This document shows positions 28,312-37,551 of a stretch of 61,066 nucleotides of DNA, piece after piece; the first letter of the stretch is position 1, and every line of letters starts with the position of its first letter. A model generated the notes under the pieces. That model did no database searches, was not told where the DNA came from, and saw only the letters and a list, made by a program, of their open reading frames with translations. Source of the stretch: Candidatus Omnitrophota bacterium (GTDB taxonomy: Bacteria; Ratteibacteria; UBA8468; B48-G9; DTJG01); assembly GCA_023818375.1 (NCBI GenBank), contig JAMWCC010000059.1, positions 1,901-62,966 on the forward strand, in the 5' to 3' direction. The position numbers and the translations under genes were made by a program.

Positions 28312-29319
28312 TTATTGATTCTGGAGAACTTCTATCATTGCTGCAATGTTTTCAACCTTTGCACCAAAAGGTATTGAATGGGAAGGTGCAGCAATATAAC
28401 CACCATTTTTCCCTATTTCATCAAGCAACCTTCTTACCTGATCTCTTGTTTCCTGAACAGTCCCATATGGAAGCAATTTCTGGGTGCTTATACCACCATA
28501 GAAAGACAGTTGACTTCCAAATCTTTTTTTCATTTCAAAAACATCCATCACCTCTGGCTGGAAAGGATTGAATACATCCAGGCCAGCTTCAATTAGAGAT
28601 GGAAACAATTCATCAACCTTACCACAGGAATGAATAAAAACATATTTCCCCTTTGATTTAGCAAAACCATACATCTGTTTAATCCTGGGCTCAATAAACT
28701 CACGCCACAGATGCGGTCCCATTATAAGGCCTGTCTGCTGTCCCCAATCATCGCCAAACATAACTCCATCAACATCAAAATTACAAAATTTTTCAAGAAT
28801 TTTCAAATTGTACTCCATGATTCTATCAAAAAGTTTGTGAATAAACTTTTTATCCACAACCATTGCCATAAGAAGATTTTCCATTCCAGCCATTGTCCAG
28901 GCTCGCTCAAAAAGGCTGAAACCAATGCCCGCAATACAAAAACAACCTTCTGTGTTGTGAGATAATGAATCTTTCATAACTTTTTCATCAAAGACATAAT
29001 CCGGGTCAGGAAACTGATAAAAGTCAACATTTTCAGGGGATATAACCTGATTACATACTGTACCGATATCCTTGTCTATTGTCTTGTTCCATCTCACGCC
29101 GAAATGGTCTTCCCATATATCTGGCTCAATCTCTTTCCACAATCCTTCTCTTTGCCAACTAACAAAATAAAGAAAATTTCCCAATTTCTCTTCAAACTCA
29201 GGATCATTGTAATACTTTGCCATTTGCTGTCTCACCTTGTACGTAAATCCTATTTGATATGGAACTTTTGAACACTGGTGATGTTCTAATGACTTAATAA
29301 CAAGTTCCCTCTTTGTCAT
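28312..29319 (-). CDS. Uroporphyrinogen decarboxylase (URO-D/MT2)-like family protein, H-x-C-G subtype
   Basis: 335 aa. It shares a family-wide pattern with four other ORFs in the window. Motifs: FGDDWGQQTGLIMGP, FIHSCGKVDELF, GGYIAAPSHSIP. Confidence 0.6.
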   Translation of the reverse strand: MTKRELVIKSLEHHQCSKVPYQIGFTYKVRQQMAKYYNDPEFEEKLGNFLYFVSWQREGLWKEIEPDIWEDHFGVRWNKTIDKDIGTVCNQVISPENVDFYQFPDPDYVFDEKVMKDSLSHNTEGCFCIAGIGFSLFERAWTMAGMENLLMAMVVDKKFIHKLFDRIMEYNLKILEKFCNFDVDGVMFGDDWGQQTGLIMGPHLWREFIEPRIKQMYGFAKSKGKYVFIHSCGKVDELFPSLIEAGLDVFNPFQPEVMDVFEMKKRFGSQLSFYGGISTQKLLPYGTVQETRDQVRRLLDEIGKNGGYIAAPSHSIPFGAKVENIAAMIEVLQNQ

Positions 29320-29385
29320 GTTGCTCCTTTTGGATCATGTTCCATTATAATTTACGCCTTATTTATAAAATTGTAAAATATCAAC

Positions 29386-30126
29386 ATGGAAAAAAACAAG
29401 TTGAAAGAGATCCTCCAGAACTATAAGAACGGCAGATACAACCTTGAAAAAGTTCTTGAAGAATTGAGAATCCTTCCTTTCGCAGACCTGTCTCATTCAA
29501 AAATAGACCATCACAGGGCATTACGACTTGGTTTTCCTGAAGTCATCTATGGAGAAGGCAAAAGTATTGAGCATCTGAAGGAAATAATTCTGGAATTAAA
29601 TAAAAGGTATAAAAGATTCATCGCAACAAGAATATCAAATCAGCAGGCTGAATCTGTTATGAAGGAATTTTCTGATTTAATTTACTTCCCGCAGGCAAGG
29701 ATTCTTACAAAAAAATTGCTTAGAAAACCTGTCAAAAAAGAAGTCGCAGTTATCTGTGCAGGAACTTCTGATTATCCCGTTGCTGAGGAGGCAGCGATAA
29801 CATTGGAAATAATGGGAATAGGAATTGAAAGAATTTATGATGCCGGAATAAGTGGGATACACAGGATTGTTTCACAACTGAAAAAAATTAACAGATGTAA
29901 AATTCTTATCGTTGTGGCTGGAATGGAAGGAGCCCTTCCCGGGGTTGTTGCAGGTCTTACAGGAAAACCTGTTATAGGTGTACCCACATCCATTGGATAT
30001 GGAACAAACCTAAAAGGTTTTGCACCACTGCTTACAATGCTGAATAGCTGCAGTCCAATTGTGGTTGTAAATATTGATAATGGTTTTGGTGCAGCATTTT
30101 TTGCGTATCTTGTGCTGAAAAAATGA
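29386..30126 (+). CDS. larB: Nickel-pincer cofactor biosynthesis protein LarB (PurE-like carboxylase/hydrolase)
   Basis: 246 aa. VAVICAGTSDYPVAEEA, VVAGMEGALPGVVAGLTGKPVIGVPTSIGYG and NIDNGFGAA are the LarB/PurE-like signature. Confidence 0.8.
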   Translation: MEKNKLKEILQNYKNGRYNLEKVLEELRILPFADLSHSKIDHHRALRLGFPEVIYGEGKSIEHLKEIILELNKRYKRFIATRISNQQAESVMKEFSDLIYFPQARILTKKLLRKPVKKEVAVICAGTSDYPVAEEAAITLEIMGIGIERIYDAGISGIHRIVSQLKKINRCKILIVVAGMEGALPGVVAGLTGKPVIGVPTSIGYGTNLKGFAPLLTMLNSCSPIVVVNIDNGFGAAFFAYLVLKK

Positions 30127-30158
30127 AAATCTGGTAAAATATCTGAATACGAAAGGAA

Positions 30159-30494
30159 ATGAAAATGAGCAAGAAAAGTTTTCTTATTATCTTTTTTATG
30201 GTTGTTGCTTTTCTTTCCGGGTGTGCCGTACTACCCTCTTATAGAGCTGAAATGGAAGGAAGAAAAATGATATCGGATTATCCGCTCAATAAGGCAGCTG
30301 TTGCAAGGGCAATAAGTGAACATCGGGTTATTCATGGTATGACAATGGAAGAAGTGATAGAAAGCTGGGGTAATCCTGAAATTGAGCATGAACTTGTAAT
30401 AAACGGTAAGGTTTATTATTCATGGGCATATAAAAAGAACCATAGAACAAGAATCCTTTATTTCCGCCACGGTATCCTTGTTGATATAAAATAA
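30159..30494 (+). CDS. Small lipoprotein, BamE/SmpA-like
   Basis: Lipobox AFLSGC. HGMTMEEVIESWGNPE resembles the BamE (GMTxxQV...LGxP) motif. Confidence 0.35.
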   Translation: MKMSKKSFLIIFFMVVAFLSGCAVLPSYRAEMEGRKMISDYPLNKAAVARAISEHRVIHGMTMEEVIESWGNPEIEHELVINGKVYYSWAYKKNHRTRILYFRHGILVDIK

Positions 30495-30497
30495 GCC

Positions 30498-31037
30498 ATG
30501 GTATTTTCTGATAGATGGATAATAAGAAACGCAAAGAAAGGATTAATTGAACCCTTTTTTGTTTCCAATGTAAAAAAAGGTGTTATGAGCTATGGAGTTT
30601 CTTCCTATGGTTATGACTTCGTACTTGCTGAGGAATTCAAAATTTTTATAGGGAAAAACCAGCTAGATCCAAAAAATCCAGACCCTCTGTCTTTCAAAGA
30701 TTTTACAGGCAGGGTATGTGAAATTCCACCACACAGTTTTGTTCTTGGAAGAAGTGTTGAATATTTCAGAATTCCAAGAAATTGTATCGGAATATGTTTT
30801 GGAAAATCAAGCTATGCCCGTTCAGGAATAGTCGTTTATGTTACTCCACTTGAACCAGAATGGGAAGGTCATATTACAGTGATGATTGCAAACCTTGCAC
30901 CTGTTGGAAACAGGATTTATGCAGGTGAAGGAATATGTCAGGTAATTTTTCTAAAAGCAGCCAGTGTATGTGAAAAATCATATGCAGACAAAAAAGGAAA
31001 ATATCAAAAAGCACGTGGCATTATGTTCAGCAAATGA
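30498..31037 (+). CDS. dcd: dCTP deaminase
   Basis: MVFSDRWI...IEPF...SYGVSSYGYDFVL...IPRNCIGICFGKSSYARSGI is the typical Dcd/dUTPase-fold signature. Confidence 0.85.
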   Translation: MVFSDRWIIRNAKKGLIEPFFVSNVKKGVMSYGVSSYGYDFVLAEEFKIFIGKNQLDPKNPDPLSFKDFTGRVCEIPPHSFVLGRSVEYFRIPRNCIGICFGKSSYARSGIVVYVTPLEPEWEGHITVMIANLAPVGNRIYAGEGICQVIFLKAASVCEKSYADKKGKYQKARGIMFSK

Positions 31038-31044
31038 AACAACA

Positions 31045-31398
31045 GTGTTTGAAGCAGGCATTGACATTCTTGAAAGGTCAAGAATAGAAAAAGCCATCAA
31101 TAGATATGGCGGAAAATTTCTGAATAAAATTTTTACAACCCGTGAAATTGAAAATCTCCCAACAAATAAACTGGTTTATTATTCCATAGGATTTTCATTA
31201 AAGGAAGCCTTCTGGAAAACCCTTCCAACAAAAATTCAAAAAAAGACATTCTTCAATGATATTGAAATCATATGGAACAAAAAAAAACCAGAGATATTTC
31301 TTAATGGAAAAAAAATAGAAAATCTTGAAGTTTCATTTTTTTTTAACAAAAGGATTGTAATGTGCTGTGTTATAAGGCACAAAAAGGAGGGGCTTTGA
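31045..31398 (+). CDS. acpS: Holo-[acyl-carrier-protein] synthase
   Basis: VFEAGIDILERSRIEKAI..GGKFLNKIFTTREI matches the AcpS N-terminus (GxDxxE). GTG 31045 gives ~117 aa; alternatives are GTG 31015 and the track start 30964, which overlaps dcd. Confidence 0.7.
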   Translation: MFEAGIDILERSRIEKAINRYGGKFLNKIFTTREIENLPTNKLVYYSIGFSLKEAFWKTLPTKIQKKTFFNDIEIIWNKKKPEIFLNGKKIENLEVSFFFNKRIVMCCVIRHKKEGL

Positions 31399-32384
31399 AA
31401 AAATACCACATTATCACCGGTGGAATGGGTTTTATTGGAAGTGCGCTTTTATGGAAAATGAATGAGATAGGCATTGAGAATATCATTGTTGTTGATACTC
31501 CTGACAAACCGGATTCATGGAAAAATATTGCCAATTTGAAGTTTTGCGACATTGTCAGTACGTATGAATTTCTAAGAATACTTGAAAAAAATACACTGAA
31601 AAAATCAGTTTCAGGTATACTACATATGGGAGCATGTTCTGATACAACAGAAAAAAATGCTGCCTTCTTGCTTGAAAATAATTACGAGTATACAAAGAAA
31701 ATCGCTCTATGGGCTATTAGAAATAATTCAAGATTTGTATATGCTTCTTCTGCAGCAACATATGGCAGTGGGCCTGATTTTTCAGATGATGAAGCAAAGC
31801 TTTTCTCTTTGAAACCACTGAATATTTATGGCTACTCAAAGCATCTTTTTGACCTCTTTGCTTACAGAAACGGACTTTTAAAAAAGATTGCAGGTCTGAA
31901 ATTTTTTAATGTTTTTGGACCAAATGAATATCACAAGGGCGAAATGAGAAGTGTAATTATTAAGAAATTTTTTGAGATCCAACAAACCGGCTGTGCGAAA
32001 CTTTTTAAATCATATAGAAAAGATTACCCTGATGGCCAGCAGAAGAGAGACTTCATTTACATCAAAGATGCAGTTAATATGGCTCTTTTTGTGTATTTGA
32101 AACCTTCTGTCAATGGAATATTTAATATAGGCACAGGAATTGCAAGAAGTTTTAATGATGTTGTCAGATCTATTTTCAAAAAACTTGGGAAAAAGGAAAA
32201 AATAGAATATATTGAGATGCCTGATTCTATAAAGAACTCATACCAATATTTTACTCAAGCTGATATTTCAAAAATACGAAAGTCAGGATATAAAGATAGT
32301 CTCTTTTCACTTGAATCTGCAATTGATGACTATATCGAAAATTATCTCTTGACAGAAGATCCATATCTGAAGATTCAATCTTGA
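31395..32384 (+). CDS. hldD: ADP-L-glycero-D-manno-heptose 6-epimerase
   Basis: TTG 31395 follows AAGGAGG and overlaps the acpS stop (TTGA). Motifs: IITGGMGFIGSAL, YGYSKHLFD, NVFGPNEYHKGEMRSV, QKRDFIYIKD. Confidence 0.85.
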   Translation: MKKYHIITGGMGFIGSALLWKMNEIGIENIIVVDTPDKPDSWKNIANLKFCDIVSTYEFLRILEKNTLKKSVSGILHMGACSDTTEKNAAFLLENNYEYTKKIALWAIRNNSRFVYASSAATYGSGPDFSDDEAKLFSLKPLNIYGYSKHLFDLFAYRNGLLKKIAGLKFFNVFGPNEYHKGEMRSVIIKKFFEIQQTGCAKLFKSYRKDYPDGQQKRDFIYIKDAVNMALFVYLKPSVNGIFNIGTGIARSFNDVVRSIFKKLGKKEKIEYIEMPDSIKNSYQYFTQADISKIRKSGYKDSLFSLESAIDDYIENYLLTEDPYLKIQS

Positions 32385-33265
32385 TGCGTTTTTTCATTTA
32401 TTCTTATTGCAATTTTACCAAGTAGAAAAGAAGCACAGGCAGAATAAGCTGAATGAGTGTATGCTGTCGGTCCGTGAGTTTGTCCCCTGAGAACAAATAA
32501 TTCTGGTTTGACAGTTTTTGATGAAGCACATAACCTTGCAAAGAACTCAAAACATGTCTTTGCATCAACTCGTGGATCTTCTTGGCCCATCGAAATGAAA
32601 AGAAATCTACTGGCAAGAAAAGGAATCAAGTTCATTCCACTTGAAGAAATAACCAGATCATTTTCCTTCACATCTCTGAATTCTCTAAGTTCAGCCAGAT
32701 CAATTACAGGTGCATGAATTGCTGCTGCGTAAACCCTTCTGTCATATGCCATAATATGTAAAACAGAAAATCCACCGCGTGAGACACCCATCATTACTAC
32801 TGTTTGGTTCCAGGCAAGTCTTTCTTCTAAACAGATATCAATAATTTTTGAGCCGATGTTCCTTATTTTTTCAGCAACATCTACACCTTTTAACATAGCT
32901 TTTGCCCAGCTTTCAATGCCTTCTCCACAATAATCAATAAGGCTACCATGACCTGGCAGGTCAAATGATGCAACATTATGTCCGGCAGAGAGAAAAATAT
33001 CAGGAACAGTTTTGTAGTCAGGGTTATTAAGTGCTGTATACCAATCTGTGGCTAATGATATCAACAATACAGCTCTGTCGCATCTTTTTTTTGGAATTCT
33101 AACTGCAAAGGCAGAATTTATACCATTGGCCCTAAAATCAAAGATTTTCTCAGTAAAATCGGGTGTGTTCACATCCCACCGCCAAAAAGATTTAGGAAGG
33201 GTATGATTTGCTTTACCCTTCCTTTTCGATCTTAGTTCTTTGGTTTCATTGGCTTTCCACAGCAC
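32375..33265 (-). CDS. Alpha/beta hydrolase (esterase/dienelactone-hydrolase-like)
   Basis: Nucleophile elbow GVSRGG and a downstream Asp/His pattern (GQEDPRVD, GQTHGP). Confidence 0.55.
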   Translation of the reverse strand: MLWKANETKELRSKRKGKANHTLPKSFWRWDVNTPDFTEKIFDFRANGINSAFAVRIPKKRCDRAVLLISLATDWYTALNNPDYKTVPDIFLSAGHNVASFDLPGHGSLIDYCGEGIESWAKAMLKGVDVAEKIRNIGSKIIDICLEERLAWNQTVVMMGVSRGGFSVLHIMAYDRRVYAAAIHAPVIDLAELREFRDVKENDLVISSSGMNLIPFLASRFLFISMGQEDPRVDAKTCFEFFARLCASSKTVKPELFVLRGQTHGPTAYTHSAYSACASFLLGKIAIRINEKTHQD

Positions 33266-33381
33266 ACTGGAACCGGCTGATCCTCATCAACTATCTTTGT
33301 TGGACATTTCTCAGGCTCAACCGCACACACATATTCCTTCTTCTTTTTCTCTTTTGACCTGCTACAACAGCATCTACACAT
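33232..33381 (-). CDS. Unlisted 49-aa cysteine-rich, desulforedoxin-like small protein
   Basis: ATG 33381 is preceded by AAAAGGGGGTGA. Sequence: MCRCCCSRSKEKKKKEYVCAVEPEKCPTKIVDEDQPVPVCCGKPMKPKN, followed by TAA (33234-33232). VCCGKPM matches the desulforedoxin / Dfx N-domain CCGxxM hallmark. Below the track's 60-aa cut-off. Confidence 0.55.
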   Translation of the reverse strand: MCRCCCSRSKEKKKKEYVCAVEPEKCPTKIVDEDQPVPVCCGKPMKPKN

Positions 33382-33402
33382 AATTTCACCCCCTTTTCTT
33401 GG

Positions 33403-33906
33403 TTAAAATGTTTTAAAATACTCTTTCGCTGCATTGCAAAGTGGACATCGTTCAGGTGCATCCCCTTCAAGTGTCCAGCCACACACTGTGCATATTGAGA
33501 TTTTTCCAATTTCTATATCCATACCTGCTTCAGCTGCCTGTTTCGCTTTTGTGTATAGACCAGCATGTACCTTTTCGGCAGAAAGTGCATAGTTAATACT
33601 TTTCTGTGCAGTTTTTTCTTCCTGCAATTTTGCCACAGCATCATACGCTGGATACATTTCTTCCACTTCAAAGGTTTCCCCGGATATCGCTGTTTGAAGA
33701 TTTTCAGTTGTTGAACCGCATTCACCCAGTGCCTTCAGGTGATTGGTGGCATGTACCTGCTCTGCAAGTGCAATAGCTTCAAAAAGCCTTGCAATATTGG
33801 GTTTACCTTCTTCTTTTGCTTTGTTTGCGAAAATTAGATACTTCATATGAGCCTGACTTTCGCCTGCAAAGGCAGCTTTTAGATTTGCCTCAGTCATTTT
33901 TTTCAT
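33403..33906 (-). CDS. rbr: Rubrerythrin
   Basis: ATG 33906 follows AAGGAG with an 8-nt spacer. Diiron four-helix motifs (FAGESQAHMKY, LAEQVHATNH, ETFEVEEMYP, SAEKVHAGLY) and a C-terminal rubredoxin-like CTVCG...CPLC. Confidence 0.9.
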   Translation of the reverse strand: MKKMTEANLKAAFAGESQAHMKYLIFANKAKEEGKPNIARLFEAIALAEQVHATNHLKALGECGSTTENLQTAISGETFEVEEMYPAYDAVAKLQEEKTAQKSINYALSAEKVHAGLYTKAKQAAEAGMDIEIGKISICTVCGWTLEGDAPERCPLCNAAKEYFKTF

Positions 33907-33930
33907 AATGAACACTCCTTGTTAGTTATT

Positions 33931-34548
33931 TTATTTAAGTTTTAACGCAATCTCTGCTACTCTCTTACCTAAAAATCTGCATAACTGTTTTTCTTCTTCC
34001 GACAATTCTTTGAAATTTTCATTTAGTCCAACCACATGGCTTGCCCCATATGGAGTACCACCAGTTGAAGTCTTCATCAGTTCCGGCGTACTTGAAGGAA
34101 TACCAACAATAATCATACCATGGTGCAACAAAGTCAACATCGTGGCAAGACATGTTGATTCCTGACCACCGTGAAGAGAAACAGAGGAAGTAAATATGCC
34201 AGCTGGTTTTCCCTTAAGGGCACCTTCAAGCCACAATGGTCCGGTTTTATCAAGAAAGTTTCTCATCTGGCTGCACATGTTTCCAAACCTTGTTGGAGTT
34301 CCTATAAGAAGTCCATCACAATTTCTCAAATCATCAAGTGTTGCTTCAGCAACATCCTTTTGCCATTCAATCGCTCTTTGAATATCCTTGTTCTTGCTTA
34401 TTACGGACTCTGGGAGCAAATCTGGTACTTTTCTCAGTATTGCCTGTGCATTCTCAACTTGTGAAATACCATTACAAACTTCAAGTGCCATTTTGAACAC
34501 ATTTCCGTACATACTGTAGTAAAGTACCAGTATCTTTGTTTTTTCCAT
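33931..34548 (-). CDS. wrbA: NAD(P)H:quinone oxidoreductase, WrbA-type flavodoxin-like
   Basis: KILVLYYSMYGNV, GTPTRFGNMCSQMRNFLD, FTSSVSLHGGQEST. Confidence 0.85.
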   Translation of the reverse strand: MEKTKILVLYYSMYGNVFKMALEVCNGISQVENAQAILRKVPDLLPESVISKNKDIQRAIEWQKDVAEATLDDLRNCDGLLIGTPTRFGNMCSQMRNFLDKTGPLWLEGALKGKPAGIFTSSVSLHGGQESTCLATMLTLLHHGMIIVGIPSSTPELMKTSTGGTPYGASHVVGLNENFKELSEEEKQLCRFLGKRVAEIALKLK

Positions 34549-34557
34549 AGAAATGTC

Positions 34558-34950
34558 TCACTCAACAATTTCTATTGGTTTTTCACCCTGCCACAGACCA
34601 TGAAGATTGCACATCTCCCATGCTTTCAAAATACCGTGGCTGTGAGAAAGCTTTACCCTGAATGTCACCTTAGGTGCAGAAGAACCACCATTGAAATAAG
34701 CCCTTGCTAAAAATGTATCTCCGCTATAAAGTTCTACCCACTCAATAAAATGACCTGGCTCATTGGGATGCGGGAAAAGTTTACCAACCTCAATGGTCAC
34801 ATCAAATTCTTCATCTTTTTTCACTTTATCAGGAGCAGTTATCACAGGAGTGTGTTTTTTCTCAAAGTCGGTCATATTCGATGGATCCTTAGGCCTATTT
34901 ACACCACACAGAATATCATTTTCACACTTATATACTTTCTTCTCTTCCAT
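34558..34950 (-). CDS. Superoxide reductase (desulfoferrodoxin family) with incomplete N-terminal Dx-like domain
   Basis: Centre II motifs EKKHTPV, HPNEPGHFIEW and CNLHGLW. The N-terminus VYKCENDILCG has only two Cys and no CCG motif. Confidence 0.8.
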   Translation of the reverse strand: MEEKKVYKCENDILCGVNRPKDPSNMTDFEKKHTPVITAPDKVKKDEEFDVTIEVGKLFPHPNEPGHFIEWVELYSGDTFLARAYFNGGSSAPKVTFRVKLSHSHGILKAWEMCNLHGLWQGEKPIEIVE

Positions 34951-34995
34951 ATTGCCTCCTTTTTGGTATTAGATGTATTTTTTTCATCTCTTGTT

Positions 34996-35409
34996 TCATT
35001 TTTCTTTAGCAAAAATCAGGTTCCCTTCTGCGAATAATTCAACCTCAACTTCCTTCAGAAGAGCACTCCTTGGAATTTTTGATATGCTATTAACCGCAAC
35101 AAAAATATAAGGAATACTATTAACAAAGCCACCTATTTTGATATTGGCTCCATTTTTCCCACTAACCATAATTCCAATCTTCCCCTCTTTATCTTTCACA
35201 AGACAGCCCACTGCAGGCGTTTTTGAAAAAACTGGTCTTGATGGATTCCAGCAGGTTGTAACCCTGCGCCTCTTAAGATTACCAAACTCATCAGGTAGAC
35301 ACACAGAACGAATTTCAACCTTTTTTCTACCCGCAGAAATATCTTTACTCAGAAATTTCCATACCATTGACTTTTTGATTTTATGATTTATTCTATCATA
35401 AATCAGCAC
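34996..35409 (-). CDS. Hypothetical protein
   Basis: 137-aa ORF with no motif I can assign. The start may be the internal Met at 35367, because the GH3 gene start is only 27 nt from 35409. Confidence 0.4.
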   Translation of the reverse strand: MLIYDRINHKIKKSMVWKFLSKDISAGRKKVEIRSVCLPDEFGNLKRRRVTTCWNPSRPVFSKTPAVGCLVKDKEGKIGIMVSGKNGANIKIGGFVNSIPYIFVAVNSISKIPRSALLKEVEVELFAEGNLIFAKEK

Positions 35410-35436
35410 CTTTTAGAATTAGGGAAGGAGGTCAAA

Positions 35437-37551
35437 ATGGATGAAAGAATAAAAAAATTTTTATCAAAAATGTCCATTGAAGAAAAGGTCGCCCAGATTT
35501 CCTGTATTGAAAGAAATGAATTGCTTGAAAACGAGTATTTTTCAGGTTCAAAAGCGGAAAGAGTATTAAGAAATGGTGCAGGCCATATCAGTCCTGTTTT
35601 AAGACCATTTGATCCTGAAACAGGCACACCAATTTCAAATGAAATTCAAAAGATTGCGATGAATAGTGGTCCAAAAATTCCTGTAATTATTCATGATGAA
35701 TGTCTTCACGGATGTATGGCTAAAGGTTCAACAAGTTTCCCTCAGTCAATCGCTCTTGCAAGCAGCTGGGAACCAGAAATGGTAGAAAAGGTTGCACAGA
35801 TTATAGGTAAGGAAACAAGGGCAAGGGGAATTCATCAGGCACTTTCACCTACAATAAATATAGCAAGGGACGCAAGACATGGAAGGGTTGAAGAAACCTA
35901 TGGAGAAGATCCGTATTTGACTTCCCTGATGGCTGTTGCGTTTATAAAAGGATTACAAAGCCAGAAGGTTATAGCCACTCCAAAGCACTTTGCCACTGAC
36001 TTTGCGAGTGATGGTGGAAGAGACAGCGGACCCACTTTTTTTTCTGAAAGAATCCTGAGAGAAATTTTCTTTCCTGCTTTTAAAGCAAGCATAATGGAGG
36101 CAAAGGCACAAAGTTTAATGGCTGCCTACAATTCAATAAATGGAATTCCTTCTTCATCAAACAGATGGCTTTTAACTGAGGTGCTGAGAAAAGAATGGGG
36201 TTTTGAAGGTTTTGTTGTTTCAGATTATGGTTCTGTCTGGGGACTTTACGCAAGCCATCGTGTGGCTGGGTCCCTCGCAGAAGCAGGAAAACTTGCACTT
36301 GAAGCAGGGCTTGATATTGAAATCCCAAATTCGCCGTGTTTTTCATATCTTGTTCAACTTGTTAAAGAAGGAAAGATTTCTCAATCAGTTATTGACACAG
36401 CGGTTGAAAGAATTTTGAAGGGAAAATTGTGGCTTGGACTATTTGACAATCCTTTTTCAGACCCTGAAAAAGCAGCAAAAATCTGTGATTGTGATGAGCA
36501 TAGAAAATTTGCCCTTGAAGCTGCAATGAAGTGTATTGTACTTCTTAAAAACAATGGAATTTTGCCACTGGCAAAAGATATTGGGTCTATCGCAGTAATT
36601 GGTCCAAATGCTGATGCAGTACGGCTTGGTGGGTACAGTGGATTTGGCATAAAGGTAGTGACTGCCCTTGAAGGAATAAACAATAAAATTTCAAAAAGAA
36701 CAAAACTTTATTTTGCTGAAGGCTGCAGGGTTAATGACACATCAAAGTCAGGTTTTGCAAAGGCAATTTCTGCTGCAAGTAAAGCAGATATTGCAATACT
36801 TGTTATGGGAAATTCTTCAGAAACAGAAGGAGAAAACAGAGACAGATGTAATCTTAATCTTCCTGGTGTTCAGGAAAATTTGATAAAAGCAGTTGCTGAT
36901 ACAGGAACTCCTGTAGTTGTGGTTTTGATTAATGGAAGTGCAATTACCATGACAAACTGGATTAACTATGTTGATGCAGTAATTGAAGCATGGTATCCTG
37001 GAGAAGAAGGTGGAAATGCAATAGCAAATGTAATCTTTGGAGATTACAATCCTTCTGGCAAACTTCCTATAACATTTCCGCGCTATACAGGACAGCTTCC
37101 ACTTTATTACAATCATCTTCCATGTTTGAGAAAATATGACTATGTTGAAGTAAGAGGATTTCAACCCATGTTTCCGTTTGGTTATGGCCTCAGTTATACT
37201 AATTTTGAATATAAGAATTTGAGGGTTTCACCAGAAACAATCTCAAAAAAAGATAGTGTAAAGGTTTCTGTAGAAATTGAAAACACAGGAAAATATGAAG
37301 GAGATGAGGTTGTACAACTTTATCTCAGGGATATGGTTTGCTCTGTGATAAGACCTGTTAAAGAGCTAAAGCAATTTAAGAAAATACATCTTAAGCCAGG
37401 AGAAAAAAAGGCGGTTGAATTTTCATTAACCCAGCAGGATCTTTCTTTCCTTGATGAAAATCTCCAACCAAAAATAGAACCAGGCACATTTGAAGTTATG
37501 GTGGGACCAGATAGCGCAAACATTTTAAAAACAACATTTGAGGTGAAATAA
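35437..37551 (+). CDS. Glycoside hydrolase family 3 (beta-glucosidase/BglX-like) with C-terminal Fn3-like domain
   Basis: ATG 35437 follows GGAAGGAGG. Motifs: MSIEEKVAQ, DARHGRVEETYGEDPYL, KHFA, GFVVSDYGS (nucleophile region), and a C-terminal GDEVVQLYLRD Fn3-like segment. Confidence 0.85.
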   Translation: MDERIKKFLSKMSIEEKVAQISCIERNELLENEYFSGSKAERVLRNGAGHISPVLRPFDPETGTPISNEIQKIAMNSGPKIPVIIHDECLHGCMAKGSTSFPQSIALASSWEPEMVEKVAQIIGKETRARGIHQALSPTINIARDARHGRVEETYGEDPYLTSLMAVAFIKGLQSQKVIATPKHFATDFASDGGRDSGPTFFSERILREIFFPAFKASIMEAKAQSLMAAYNSINGIPSSSNRWLLTEVLRKEWGFEGFVVSDYGSVWGLYASHRVAGSLAEAGKLALEAGLDIEIPNSPCFSYLVQLVKEGKISQSVIDTAVERILKGKLWLGLFDNPFSDPEKAAKICDCDEHRKFALEAAMKCIVLLKNNGILPLAKDIGSIAVIGPNADAVRLGGYSGFGIKVVTALEGINNKISKRTKLYFAEGCRVNDTSKSGFAKAISAASKADIAILVMGNSSETEGENRDRCNLNLPGVQENLIKAVADTGTPVVVVLINGSAITMTNWINYVDAVIEAWYPGEEGGNAIANVIFGDYNPSGKLPITFPRYTGQLPLYYNHLPCLRKYDYVEVRGFQPMFPFGYGLSYTNFEYKNLRVSPETISKKDSVKVSVEIENTGKYEGDEVVQLYLRDMVCSVIRPVKELKQFKKIHLKPGEKKAVEFSLTQQDLSFLDENLQPKIEPGTFEVMVGPDSANILKTTFEVK

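Noticed and set aside
33291-33509. 72-aa minus-strand track ORF overlapping the rubrerythrin 3' end
   Set aside because: It is in a different frame from both rubrerythrin and the 49-aa Cys-rich ORF and has no RBS. The region is better explained by those two genes.
34996-35409. Possible PilZ (c-di-GMP binding) domain in the 137-aa hypothetical protein (KRRRV ... MVSGKNG)
   Set aside because: The RxxxR and D/NxSxxG motifs are not actually satisfied, and the spacing is only loosely similar. Left as hypothetical.
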